From Podarcis liolepis (Eukaryota): a DNA stretch of 64,000 nucleotides. Position numbers and translations under genes: made by a program. How positions within the stretch are numbered: position 1 is the first letter of the stretch; every line of letters begins with the position of its first letter. Shown here one piece after another: positions 63,953 through 64,000 of the stretch. The DNA lies in assembly GCA_965112155.1 (NCBI GenBank), contig OZ218104.1; one strand, 5' to 3'. The notes beneath the pieces are model-generated. The model ran no database searches and was not told the DNA's origin. It saw nothing but the letters and a program-made list of their open reading frames with translations.

Positions 63953-64000
63953 GAGAGTCCCCAACCTCCCAAGGGAGTCTGTTCCACCGTCAAACAGTGC

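Noticed and set aside
59180-64000. Penultimate VAC14 exon (LLMLLPQSSAFQLL...)
   Set aside because: No matching peptide found; presumably beyond the window.

Overview
Vertebrate genomic DNA, very probably a squamate and most likely a lacertid lizard, judged from Sauria/Squam SINEs, CR1/L2/L1/RTE relics and hAT/Tc1-mariner MITEs. The window holds the complete coding region of MTSS2 (MTSS1L/ABBA, I-BAR + WH2 protein) on the minus strand. It has 15 coding exons from the ATG at 56248 to the TGA at 2531, all GT-AG and phase-consistent, giving 2223 nt and 740 aa. One exon is a 9-nt microexon (16890-16898) that the ORF track does not show. A CpG-island promoter lies at about 55.4-57.25 kb. Just upstream, also on the minus strand, are the last coding exon and 3'UTR of VAC14 (59011-59179), the same gene order I recall from mammals. 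The most interesting signals are splicing architecture (the microexon, an in-frame alternative donor that recreates a MTSS1-type 120-nt exon, an in-frame alternative acceptor, and a possible decayed MTSS1-paralogous exon), a strong-Kozak uORF, an A/B-box-intact SINE between the VAC14 polyA signals and the MTSS2 promoter, and several young or nested transposon insertions with exact TSDs, one carrying a 159-bp tandem array. I found no evidence of a wholly new multi-gene system. Almost all other ORFs in the track look spurious. Comparisons with human, mouse and repeat consensus sequences are from memory, not from a search.
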